Notes under the pieces: generated by a model
What the model saw: only the letters and a program-made list of their open reading frames with translations
Told to the model about the DNA's origin: nothing
Databases searched by the model: none
NCBI GenBank assembly: GCA_964510585.1
Contig: CAZECW010000004.1
Coordinates: forward strand, 3,606 to 67,605
DNA from: an uncultured archaeon
Lineage (GTDB): Archaea > Asgardarchaeota > Jordiarchaeia > Jordiarchaeales > Jordiarchaeaceae
Direction: 5' to 3'
Length of the DNA: 64,000 nucleotides
Program-made: the position numbers and the translations under genes
Shown: piece after piece, positions 1 to 9,287 of the stretch
How positions within the stretch are numbered: the stretch's first letter is position 1
Layout: each line of letters opens with the position of its first letter

Positions 1-10
1 TAATGCAGCG

Positions 11-403
11 GTGAAGCTGAGAATTGTTAAATCCGATGAAACTGTTATGAGACCAGAGGAAGAGATACCCTTAGAAATAGTTAAGTTTTCCCCAGCAAAA
101 CTAGCCACGGAAACAGCGGACCTTGTAACAAACTTCATCACATTAATAGACTGCGTCCAATTAGGAGACTACGCCCGGGTGGATAATATAGTCCCCATAA
201 TGGACGACATAATACTCCTCATGGAAAACTACACAGGACTGAATGACAAGAACTACTGGGTTTACAAAGAGATAACCGCTTGGCGTGACAAACTCAAAAA
301 CGAGCCTCCAGACCTTGTAATTGACTCCGAAGACGCCAAAAAGATAGAATATGACGCGGTAAGGTGGTTTAAAGACTTCCGCCAAAGAATAAGACAATTA
401 TAG
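11..403 (+). CDS. Hypothetical protein, possibly 5'-partial because the reading frame is open to the window edge. It sits immediately upstream of the ESCRT-II-like gene.
   Basis: ORF with GTG start at 11 and open frame back to position 2. No recognisable motif. A short spacer of 17 bp (404-420) separates it from the next gene. Confidence 0.35.
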   Translation: MKLRIVKSDETVMRPEEEIPLEIVKFSPAKLATETADLVTNFITLIDCVQLGDYARVDNIVPIMDDIILLMENYTGLNDKNYWVYKEITAWRDKLKNEPPDLVIDSEDAKKIEYDAVRWFKDFRQRIRQL

Positions 404-420
404 AAGAGGAGCCATAAAAG

Positions 421-1155
421 ATGGGGATACGGGAATTACGCGACAGGATGGAGAAAAAAAAGTACATGCAAAAAAAGGCCACAGAATTCAAACTGGAGGA
501 AATAAAAAGCGACCTGGAAACTGCAACAGAAACAAAAGAGAAACTGGAAGAAATCGCTAGAAAATATGGAGTCATCATAGCCACCAGTCCCAAACTCCAG
601 GACGAAATTGAGAGAATCAGAAAACAGTACGGAATACCCAAAGAATCCATAATTACCCAAATAATTTCTGAAGAAGAAGTACTCAAAAAGGGAGCAATGG
701 GAATAGGAACAAAAATCGACCACGAAAAACTGGGAATGCTACTCTACCAAAGAGCCCTTCTTAAACGCAAAGAAAATGGAGGAATAATGACCTTCGCGGA
801 AGCCTACCTACTGACAAACACGGGAAAACTCGCCCAAAAACTAGAAAACAAAGACATTGAAAAAGCAGTAAAAATACTTGAGAAAAACAAACTCATACCA
901 GGAACACGCCAACTGAAAAGCGGAGTAAAAATAATAAGCTTCTTCCCAATAGAACTCACCGACGACCAAAACGAAGTACTAAGCATAGCAAGCAGAAGCG
1001 GAATCATCACCCTAGAAGAAATAATGCTAAAAACAGGTTGGACAAAAACCCGCGCACAAAACGTACTACAAACCCTAGAAGAAGAAGGTATAACCCGAAA
1101 AGACGAAAGCTACGCACACGGAGAAAAATACTACTTCCCAGGATTTATGCACTAA
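421..1155 (+). CDS. ESCRT-II subunit Vps22/EAP30 (SNF8)-like protein with tandem winged-helix domains.
   Basis: The C-terminal 130 aa align colinearly with human SNF8/EAP30: KRKENGGIMTFAEA matches HRNGGLITLEEL, and GWTKTRAQNVLQTLEEEGITRKDES…YYFPGF matches KWETERARQVLEHLLKEGLAWLD…HYWLPALF. The N-terminal part is predicted coiled-coil. Confidence 0.6.
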   Translation: MGIRELRDRMEKKKYMQKKATEFKLEEIKSDLETATETKEKLEEIARKYGVIIATSPKLQDEIERIRKQYGIPKESIITQIISEEEVLKKGAMGIGTKIDHEKLGMLLYQRALLKRKENGGIMTFAEAYLLTNTGKLAQKLENKDIEKAVKILEKNKLIPGTRQLKSGVKIISFFPIELTDDQNEVLSIASRSGIITLEEIMLKTGWTKTRAQNVLQTLEEEGITRKDESYAHGEKYYFPGFMH

Positions 1156-1327
1156 AAAGTTCTCCAATCTCAGAAAAAGCTCTTCACAAATTTCTCTCAT
1201 TTTCCAAAAAGCCAAACCAACCAGAAGACAACTGTGACACAAAAACCTTCCCTTTTTTCAAAATATTAGGAACACTTGAACTAGAAACCAGAATTTAAAA
1301 AAAAGAGGGGAGAGGGGATTTTCCGCA

Positions 1328-3058
1328 CTACTCTGGCGGAATTTCGGCATATATGGTAGCCATATCTATACCTATTCTCCTGTTGTGTGCATAGTACGCT
1401 GCGAAGATTAAACCGCCCAGGCCGAATACGAACACGTTGAGTAGGAATCCCTGCAGAGCCAGTGCTCTTATGGCTGCAAATATTACGAAGGTTGTGCCGA
1501 AGAACGCTATGATACCAGCAATGGTGATGACGGGTATGCGGCCCACTTGCCACTTGAATCCTCTCTCGTAGATTTCTGGTTTAATGTATGGGAACAGTAT
1601 TGCTGCCATAGCTCCGAACCAGAGCATAGTTGTATCCATAACCACAGTATCAAAGGCTGCCATGAAGATGTCGAGTGATGAGAGCAGAACACCCGCAACG
1701 GCAACTATGGCTACTAGTGTGGTTGCCCAAACTGGGCTGTGCCATCTCTCACTAACCTCGGCAAACTTCACTGGGAATGTTCTGTCGAATGACCATGCAA
1801 AGGTAGTTCTAGCAGCGGTGATAAGGAATGGTGGAATGTCGTTCATCAACCATAGGGCTCCCGCTATGGCAATTAGGAACGCGATAGGCCCTGAAGCGTA
1901 TGGAACCTGTAGTGTTGCGTAGAATGGTAACTGGGTTCCTATAGGAGCTGGCCAGCTGGGAAGGGCCCATGGAGGTATCAGCGCCAGGTACATTGAGAGG
2001 TTGTCGCCCCATGCAGCTTGCAGGGCAGCGTATAGACCCGCGTATTCGGGGTTCATTGTGAGGGCCCATGTAATGTCGCTCTGAGCTTCTGCTGCGACGA
2101 CGTACACGTTTGCGAAAAGTCCGCTGGTGTTTAGCGCCAGGAAGCTAATTCCAATATAGTATGCCGCAATTATTAGGGTTCCGTAGACTACAGATATTAT
2201 CATGTTTCTGTTGGGTTCTTTCATCTCGCCGCCCACGAATGTGGATGCGGTGAACCCGATGTAAGCCCAGGTGAGCAGTGCTACTGCGCTGACTGTGTCA
2301 TCCATTGGGGTGGTGGCAAGGATACCATTCCAATAGTGAGCGAGGGCTGCTTCAAAGTAGTTGTTGAATAGTCGGGTAAGGGCGTTGTCCAGCCCTTCAC
2401 TTGTGATGAAGTCTATGGGGTTAGAGTAGGCTAGGGCGTAGTTGACCATGGCGTTGGCCGTGTTTCCAGTTATCAGGTAAAATATTGTGAAAATGCTTCC
2501 TATTGCTGAGATGATGAGCATGGCATTTAGTACTTTTCCAAAGATGTTTAGTCCAGCTACTGTGACTATGTAGAAGACCACCACCAAAATTATCCCCACT
2601 ATTATACCGGCTTCTTTGGACTGCATCCAGGTACCTATCTGGAACAGCCCGTCTGTGGGGACTCGCCCAATGACTTGGAGTCCGAAGCCGAGGAAGGCGG
2701 TGTCCAGGAAGGCGATGATGCCGAAGGATAGTGCCACGGAGACCCACCAGACCCAGCTGCTTAGGAATCCTATGAAGGGACTCAGTGTTCGGCTGATGTA
2801 TACGTAGCCGCCGCCGGATCGGGGCATTGCTACTCCGAACAGGGCGAAGACAACTGCAGCGGATATGGCGGGTATTGCTCCTATGGCGAATGCCAGTGGT
2901 ACGTTGGCCAGTGGAAGTGCCGCGGGCGTGTTTACTGAGTATTTGTTGATTCCTCCGCCGATGACGTTGCAGAGCACTATTGATAGGGCGGTGAACCAGC
3001 CAATTTCACGTACTAGGCCTGTTGCATCTCTTGCGAAGGTTACCTTTTTTGCTCCCAT
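1328..3058 (-). CDS. APC-superfamily amino-acid/polyamine permease.
   Basis: 576-aa highly hydrophobic protein with about 12 predicted TM helices and G/A/I/V-rich segments typical of APC transporters. Confidence 0.7.
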   Translation of the reverse strand: MGAKKVTFARDATGLVREIGWFTALSIVLCNVIGGGINKYSVNTPAALPLANVPLAFAIGAIPAISAAVVFALFGVAMPRSGGGYVYISRTLSPFIGFLSSWVWWVSVALSFGIIAFLDTAFLGFGLQVIGRVPTDGLFQIGTWMQSKEAGIIVGIILVVVFYIVTVAGLNIFGKVLNAMLIISAIGSIFTIFYLITGNTANAMVNYALAYSNPIDFITSEGLDNALTRLFNNYFEAALAHYWNGILATTPMDDTVSAVALLTWAYIGFTASTFVGGEMKEPNRNMIISVVYGTLIIAAYYIGISFLALNTSGLFANVYVVAAEAQSDITWALTMNPEYAGLYAALQAAWGDNLSMYLALIPPWALPSWPAPIGTQLPFYATLQVPYASGPIAFLIAIAGALWLMNDIPPFLITAARTTFAWSFDRTFPVKFAEVSERWHSPVWATTLVAIVAVAGVLLSSLDIFMAAFDTVVMDTTMLWFGAMAAILFPYIKPEIYERGFKWQVGRIPVITIAGIIAFFGTTFVIFAAIRALALQGFLLNVFVFGLGGLIFAAYYAHNRRIGIDMATIYAEIPPE

Positions 3059-3661
3059 TTTTTAAGTCCTCCTTCCTAGATTGGACTTTCTTCTAAAATT
3101 TTTGTTTCACTTATATAAGATTATCTATTTACAATTGTATAGTACCACGGTAAAAGTCGAAGTGAACCAAAAAAGAGGAAGTATGGATTTATCCAAGGTG
3201 GATTAAGGAAATACCAAAGAAAATTTTATTTATCTTAGAAATTAAGACAAAAAAGATAATTTAACTAATAATATAAGAATAAGTCTTGTTGGCAGGGGAA
3301 TTATATAAATAATTATTATTTGTAATTATTTACATAAATATTAATAACTTAATAAATATTTATATGTACCTAAAACATAACTAATAAGCTTAAACCTTGA
3401 GAAAATTCAAAATTGTATATAGAGCAGAACAATTTTAACCCAATAAAAATTGTCGTAAGAATCCTGCTTGATGGACAAAACCGTTAAAAGAAAAAACTAA
3501 ACGTATAATCTTATAAACTAAGTGGTTTAGGCAAATAATTTTTAAATATAAACAAAAGCACATATAAGTCAATTAAACATCCCCCCCAAAAAAAGACTCT
3601 AAAAAGGTAAGAAGATGGGAAATCCATCCCCAACAAAGGGAAACGCAACGTAGCAAAAACA
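3059..3661. promoter_or_regulatory. AT-rich 600-bp divergent intergenic region, presumably holding promoters (TATA/BRE-like) for the permease (-) and glycoprotein (+) genes.
   Basis: Very AT-rich with many TTATATA/TTTAAATA-like boxes, lying between divergently oriented genes. Confidence 0.4.
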
Positions 3662-6600
3662 GTGATTGAAATGGAAAATAGGAAAAAGGCATCAGCAATA
3701 CTCATAATTTGCGTAATACTCTTCCTTACTACAGCCCTCATAGTTACCAACACAATACCTCTAACACTACCTCCCAGTCAGAATAATTCCCTACAACTGA
3801 AGGAAAACGGAACTTATGCAACAATCCAAATAAATGGAATATATTACAATGTAACTTGGTTTGAAATAAGCAATGAAATCATAAATCAAACAATCGAGAA
3901 CAGCGTCGTAGGCACAAATACTTACTATCTTAACATCACTTGGAACAATTATGTTAATCGTTCAGTTGTCATGTCCTTCAACACCACAAATGATACAATA
4001 TACTTCAATGGTGTCCAACTATACATAGGGTATAATAATTCTCCACCAGCCTTGAGGGTGGAGCTAAGAAACGGAACCCAACAGAACTCAAAATGGGTAC
4101 CAAGCAACGAAACAATACTATATGAGGAATATAGCATTGACAATTTTACACAAGAGGCAAATTGGGCTACTTTGCTAAATGAGACATCTATACTACTTGT
4201 TCCATCACACACTTATTTCTTACTGCTCAGGTTGAATGAAACCACAGGTGATGATAATAGTAGTTATTATTATTGGCGGTGTACTCCAGACACAGGTGAT
4301 GATAGTGATGGTGTCGATGAAGGAATTGCCCTCGCCTTGGAATTTGAAGATGTAAGTGATTTAAATAACTCTGCTTTTTGGGCTGACTGCGCTGATGATT
4401 ATGATTGCTGGATGATTATGAATTTCACAAAGCTTCAATATACCCTAAGCCTACAGCTCCCTGTGAATTGGACGCTGAGTTATCTCATGGTGGATGTTTT
4501 TAACAGCACTGGATCCTTCTTTTACCACATTTCGAATAGTATTTCGGGAAACATTACTGGGGGTACGGGAAGCTTCAACGTTACTCTGCCCGATGGCGAT
4601 AGAATGTGTCTTGCAGTTATAAAATTTACAGAGATACGTCCAGTTTCATGGTTAACTGTAATTGAGGGTACTAGGAATTCTGATGGCTACGCACGAACCG
4701 TTGGAAACATGAGTGAAGCTCAAAGGTTCAGGTTGCCACATGACTCAAATAATCTCTCAATACAAATATTGATACGCAACACGGGTCTGAAGGAGAATCT
4801 CACAGCGGAGATATGGAATGCCACCTTCGTTGAATCAGTGGGGAGCTATAACCTAACTGGGAAAGTGGTTGATTTGGAGGTGCCATACTGGAACGTTACC
4901 TCAGACTATAATTGGCTAACACTCAACTTTGAAGGCTACTTCTCTGAAGGAGACTACTTTCTAGTAATACATACAAAAGATTGGGCGGGCGATCCAAGTA
5001 GCGGTCCATTTTATGATTGGGCAAGTCACACCAGCTTTTACGAGATTCCCCCATCGGAGGGCTACGAAATATGGACTTCAGAAAATAACCACAGCAATTG
5101 GAACTGGCAGGATATGCGAGATCCCTATGGTCACAGGTACTGGCACTGTATGAAGGTGGAGTCGTACAATTCAACAGACACAAGAAACATTAGCGTCTGG
5201 GTTAACGGTAAGCTGGTCGGTGACAATTGGGTGTGGAATGATACCGTTTGGATACCGGTACAAAAGACGCAGGGCGATAATGTTACCTTCACCCTAACAA
5301 GTAATATGGACTTTGAATACAGCTTAGACTATGATATTTATTACTATAATTATACCTATGATTTGAACAATGAAACACAATTCTATGTTAACGATTACCC
5401 TATGAGCAACAGCACCCAAGGCTATTTCACCCAGATCTTTACCAGCAGCCAGCTGGGATACAACAGTAGCACGGGACTGGTCGAACTGACTTTCAAGGCT
5501 TGGAACATAACCAGTAAAGAGTGGATAAGCACAAGCGTTAACGCCACAATAAGCGCCTCAATGTACTACATAGAAAACGTTTCGGTATCATCTGCAACGG
5601 AACTAAACTATACCTATGTACATAGCAGTGACGCTGCCATTTCTCTATCACAAGAATCCCTATACATCGACTACTCCAACCTAAATGTATACGCAGTTAA
5701 CACGGTTCAACTTAATGGAACAACCCTCCATGGCAACTGGACAGACAACACCCTAACCAATAAGATAACAGTACTCAAAAACGCATTTAACGACACACAA
5801 ATAGGACAAGAAATCTTGGCGGGGGACAATGTAACAATCACCGTAAACTTTTACTCTATAGTAAACATTGAATCCCCAACCCTACCCTACATTGGCGAGC
5901 AAGTCACACTAAACATTACAAATGTAGTCAACACGCCCGACTACTTGAACGTGACCATAATAAGACCCAATGGCACAATACAAACACTCAATGGAACCAA
6001 ACTAAATTATGAAAACTGGAGCGTTAATTTCACACCCGAAGAAACTGGCAAATACATCGCATCAATCACCACACAATCAACAGGCGGAAACATAATAAGA
6101 AGAGAAGTAGCAAATCGAAGCGTAGAAAAATACTACTATGTATTCACCGTGTATCAATTAGGCTTGGGACTAAATAAGCCCGACATTGTCGCCGAGGAAC
6201 CGCTAAGCCTAGGAATACCGTATAATTTGCAGATTTGGGTAAAATACTTACCCTTCAACTCCTCGGAAACCCCACAGGTTAATGTAAACAACATAATAGT
6301 TCTCCTGAATGGCAGTAAAACAATAAATGACCCAGTGTTCAATAGTTTAACGGGGTTCTGGGAGCTCACAATAATCTGGACCAGCCTCGGCAACCTAAAC
6401 ATCACAGTGAACGTTACTGATGATAACGGTAGAACTGTCGTCGAAACTTTCATAGTCCAAGTGGTCTACCCAAAACCACCCTCACCTATACCAATATTAT
6501 CATTAATGACAACATACGCAGCCATAGGTCAGTTTGATATAGACACACTGGCAAGAATCGCCACCATCGTATTCTGGCTACTAATAATAGTTCTCATCTT

Positions 6601-6664
6601 TATACGCGTCTTTTATCCAGACACTCTAATCAAAATCCACAAAAAACTACTGAGAAAAACATGA
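3662..6664 (+). CDS. Large secreted or surface (S-layer-like) glycoprotein with an N-terminal signal/anchor and a C-terminal TM anchor.
   Basis: 1000 aa. N-terminal hydrophobic segment ASAILIICVILFLTTALIV. About 55 N-x-S/T sequons. C-terminal hydrophobic helix IATIVFWLLIIVLIFI followed by a basic tail KIHKKLLRKT. Confidence 0.6.
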   Translation: MIEMENRKKASAILIICVILFLTTALIVTNTIPLTLPPSQNNSLQLKENGTYATIQINGIYYNVTWFEISNEIINQTIENSVVGTNTYYLNITWNNYVNRSVVMSFNTTNDTIYFNGVQLYIGYNNSPPALRVELRNGTQQNSKWVPSNETILYEEYSIDNFTQEANWATLLNETSILLVPSHTYFLLLRLNETTGDDNSSYYYWRCTPDTGDDSDGVDEGIALALEFEDVSDLNNSAFWADCADDYDCWMIMNFTKLQYTLSLQLPVNWTLSYLMVDVFNSTGSFFYHISNSISGNITGGTGSFNVTLPDGDRMCLAVIKFTEIRPVSWLTVIEGTRNSDGYARTVGNMSEAQRFRLPHDSNNLSIQILIRNTGLKENLTAEIWNATFVESVGSYNLTGKVVDLEVPYWNVTSDYNWLTLNFEGYFSEGDYFLVIHTKDWAGDPSSGPFYDWASHTSFYEIPPSEGYEIWTSENNHSNWNWQDMRDPYGHRYWHCMKVESYNSTDTRNISVWVNGKLVGDNWVWNDTVWIPVQKTQGDNVTFTLTSNMDFEYSLDYDIYYYNYTYDLNNETQFYVNDYPMSNSTQGYFTQIFTSSQLGYNSSTGLVELTFKAWNITSKEWISTSVNATISASMYYIENVSVSSATELNYTYVHSSDAAISLSQESLYIDYSNLNVYAVNTVQLNGTTLHGNWTDNTLTNKITVLKNAFNDTQIGQEILAGDNVTITVNFYSIVNIESPTLPYIGEQVTLNITNVVNTPDYLNVTIIRPNGTIQTLNGTKLNYENWSVNFTPEETGKYIASITTQSTGGNIIRREVANRSVEKYYYVFTVYQLGLGLNKPDIVAEEPLSLGIPYNLQIWVKYLPFNSSETPQVNVNNIIVLLNGSKTINDPVFNSLTGFWELTIIWTSLGNLNITVNVTDDNGRTVVETFIVQVVYPKPPSPIPILSLMTTYAAIGQFDIDTLARIATIVFWLLIIVLIFIRVFYPDTLIKIHKKLLRKT

Positions 6665-6797
6665 ATCCCCTCATTTTTTATTAATTGATAATGATATAAG
6701 AGATTTTGCACCCTCCTAATTTTGAGTCTGGGCCTTAGCCAATGATTCCGTAGTCCCGTACCTATATTTTTGGAGGGTTCAATAGAGAAAAGGAGGA

Positions 6798-7008
6798 ATG
6801 GTGCGGAGGACGAGATGTGTTCAGGGGGTAGCAGGCTACCACCGCCTTTGAACTCGTGTAGGCCTATGTGAACTCCCAGATAACTGGGGGTTTCTACGCC
6901 ACAGGAGCTCTGATACGCGAGTGATTGGAAATCGCAAACCTCAGTCCTGCTCCATGCCAGTCAAATCCCTGAGGGGACGACATTTGACCTGGCTCGGAAA
7001 CCTCCGCA
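6798..7008 (+). ncRNA. Candidate structured ncRNA of about 210 nt closed by an 8-9 bp terminal helix. Family not identified.
   Basis: TGCGGAGG at 6800-6807 pairs perfectly with CCTCCGCA at 7001-7008. There is an internal hairpin CCTCAG…CTGAGG. It lies in a 780-bp non-coding gap. Strand is unknown. Confidence 0.3.
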
Positions 7009-7434
7009 CATATATTGACAAAATAGGATTACACTGAACCAGTTTTTATAAGTTTCTATGATAGGTAACGATATGATGCGTTATGCCTGTATTTTTCGTG
7101 TTTTAAGGGGGATAGCATATTATTAAAAAATTTTTGGAACACCATTTTTTAAGGGGAAAGTTCAAAAGGAAAATGTATAAAAATTATAGTGCATATCCAT
7201 TTTGTGTGGTAGAATTCGTCTGAGCGTAACAATTTATTTAGGGTATTTGGAATGTGCAGGGATTTCCGAGTGGTCAATACCCAGCTGTGGTTGGCTATAG
7301 GAGCTGGGCTTAGGACCCAGTGGCGTAGTGGTGTCGGTCTGTTTTGGTGGCGCCGCGTAAGCCTTCGCGTGTTCGAAAAGAGGCATCAGATTGATGCAGC
7401 TCGATAGTCACGCTCCCTGCACCAATTTTTAAAA

Positions 7435-8304
7435 GTGGGTATGTGCTCTGTTTATTTGGACTGTGTAGTCTTTATTTTTTGGGGTTTTTGTTTGATGGTG
7501 GTTGTTTTGGATAAGCGTATTGATAGGATTGATCGCAAGATTGATAAGGGTAGGATTAAGAAGAAGCGTTCTGAGGATTTGGAGACGACGCAGGCGGTTA
7601 TTGATAAGAGGACTGCTATGATTTTGTATGATTTGATTAATAGGGGTTATTTGGATAGTATGAAGGGGGTTGTGGCTTCAGGTAAGGAGTCGAATGTTTA
7701 TTGGGCGACTGCTGAGGAAAATGGGGTTACTCGAGATTTGGCGGTTAAGATTTATAGGACTTCGACTATGGATTTTAAGAGGATTTGGGTTTATATTCAG
7801 GGGGATCCTCGCTTTACCAAGGTTAAGAGGGATACGCGTTCCATTGTTTATGCGTGGGCTGAGAAGGAGTTTAAGAATCTTAGGTTGGCGGATGAGGCGG
7901 GTGTTAGAGTTCCTAAGCCCGTTGTTTGGAGGGGTAACGTTCTTGTTATGGAGTTTATTGGTGAAAATGGAGTTTCTGCTCCTAGGTTGAGAGAGGCGAT
8001 GGTTGAGGATCCGGAGCCTGTTTTCAAAATTGTTTTTGATTATGTTGTTAGGCTTTATGAGAAGGCGGAATTGGTGCATGCGGATCTTAGCGAGTATAAT
8101 ATTTTGTACTGGGATGAGCCGGTAGTAATTGATGTTTCTCAAGCGGTTCTCCTAAGTCACCCTTTAGCATTAGATTTTTTGGCTCGTGATCTAAAGAATA
8201 TTTTAAGATATTTTTCAAGTTTAGGGGTGGAGGTTCCCTCCCTAGAGGAAGCATATAAAAAAGTTACGGGTGAAGAATTGGTTTGGAGACAAGAGAGTTT
8301 ATAA
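7435..8304 (+). CDS. rio1: RIO-type serine/threonine protein kinase (Rio1).
   Basis: GKESNVYW nucleotide-binding loop, catalytic VHADLSEYNIL, and a metal-binding D in IDVSQAV. Length and order are typical of archaeal Rio1. The true start is probably a few codons downstream of 7435. Confidence 0.85.
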   Translation: MGMCSVYLDCVVFIFWGFCLMVVVLDKRIDRIDRKIDKGRIKKKRSEDLETTQAVIDKRTAMILYDLINRGYLDSMKGVVASGKESNVYWATAEENGVTRDLAVKIYRTSTMDFKRIWVYIQGDPRFTKVKRDTRSIVYAWAEKEFKNLRLADEAGVRVPKPVVWRGNVLVMEFIGENGVSAPRLREAMVEDPEPVFKIVFDYVVRLYEKAELVHADLSEYNILYWDEPVVIDVSQAVLLSHPLALDFLARDLKNILRYFSSLGVEVPSLEEAYKKVTGEELVWRQESL

Positions 8305-8864
8305 AAGTTCCGAAAGAGCGGGTGGCAGTTATCATAGGTTCAAATGGACAGGTTAAATCCATGATTGAAAGGGAAACTAAAACAAGGCTAGACATCAATA
8401 GTGAAGATGGCAGCATAGTTATCACTCCAACTGAGGAAACAGATGATCCTTTAGCGGTTTGGAAGGCTAGAGATATTGTGAGGGCTATTGGCAGAGGCTT
8501 CAGCCCCACAAGAGCCCTTAGACTCTTGGATGAGGGGGAACTGCTGGAAATTGTGGATCTCACACTTTTCACCAATAAATCTAAGAATTCTCTGACCAGA
8601 ATTAAGGGTCGGATTATAGGCGCCGGAGGAAAAACGAGAAAAATTATAGAGGAGATCAGCGGTGCCAATATATCAGTTTACGGGCACACAGTGGCCATAA
8701 TAGGGAATGTTGAGCAGGGCAGAATGGCTAAGGAAGCGATAATGATGCTGATTAAGGGTGCCCCCCACTCAACAGTTTATAGTGTCCTCCAGAAGAGAAA
8801 AAGGGCCCAAAAGAGAAAATGGACCTCTTGGAAGACATTGGGAGAAAATCAAATCGGAAGCTAA
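8283..8864 (+). CDS. KH-domain RNA-binding protein (archaeal Dim2/Pno1-like), co-transcribed with rio1.
   Basis: Two KH-like segments with GxxG loops (IIGSNGQV, IIGAGGKTRKIIEEISG). Overlaps the rio1 stop by 22 nt. Rio1–KH pairing is a conserved archaeal arrangement. Confidence 0.7.
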   Translation: METREFIKVPKERVAVIIGSNGQVKSMIERETKTRLDINSEDGSIVITPTEETDDPLAVWKARDIVRAIGRGFSPTRALRLLDEGELLEIVDLTLFTNKSKNSLTRIKGRIIGAGGKTRKIIEEISGANISVYGHTVAIIGNVEQGRMAKEAIMMLIKGAPHSTVYSVLQKRKRAQKRKWTSWKTLGENQIGS

Positions 8865-8865
8865 A

Positions 8866-9183
8866 TCAAATTCCCTTCAGATAACCATTATCCTCAAGCC
8901 ACTTTGCCTGCCCTTTAGAGTATCTCCAAATTATATCCGCCCTGTCATCCTGAAAGTCCCAAGGGGCAACAATGACGACGTCACCTTCTTTGATCCAGAC
9001 ACGTTTCTTCATTTTTCCTCTTATTCTGCTGAGTCTAACTTTCCCATCGGTGCACTTTACTTGAAGGCGATCGTAGCCCATCATTTTGACCACTATTCCA
9101 AGAATTTCGCCCTGTCTTGGAGTGCGAACCTTCCTAAATTCGCCTTCGTCTTCTTCTATGAGGTCTTTTTTCTTCGGTGTCAC
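8866..9183 (-). CDS. eif1a: Translation initiation factor aIF-1A.
   Basis: 105 aa. S1-like OB fold core GEILGIVVKMMGYDRLQVKCTDGKVRLSRIRGKMKKRVWIKEGDVV with a typical acidic/aromatic C-terminus. Confidence 0.85.
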   Translation of the reverse strand: MTPKKKDLIEEDEGEFRKVRTPRQGEILGIVVKMMGYDRLQVKCTDGKVRLSRIRGKMKKRVWIKEGDVVIVAPWDFQDDRADIIWRYSKGQAKWLEDNGYLKGI

Positions 9184-9287
9184 AATTTCAACCTTCTTTT
9201 AGTCCCTTAAGAATACGTTTCCGTTCTTTTAAAATTTCCTAAAGGACTGATGGGAATTGTTAGGTTTCCTAGAGGAGGTGTCGATTA

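Noticed and set aside
6798-7008. Possible RNase P RNA or SRP RNA.
   Set aside because: Neither the P4/CR-I motif (GGAAAGTCCGG) nor SRP helix-8 conserved motifs could be found. Kept only as an unassigned structured RNA candidate.
7296-7420. tRNA-like GC-rich segment (…GGGCTTAGG…GTGTTCGAAAAG…) upstream of rio1.
   Set aside because: Contains a TTCGAA T-loop-like string, but no consistent cloverleaf could be built (acceptor/T-stem pairings fail, and the pairable segment is only about 59 nt). Left as unassigned structured sequence.
7670-8142. Long antisense or alternative-frame ORFs (106 aa on +, 154 aa on -) inside rio1.
   Set aside because: A by-product of the G/T-biased composition of this gene. 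Rio1 motifs are in the annotated frame.
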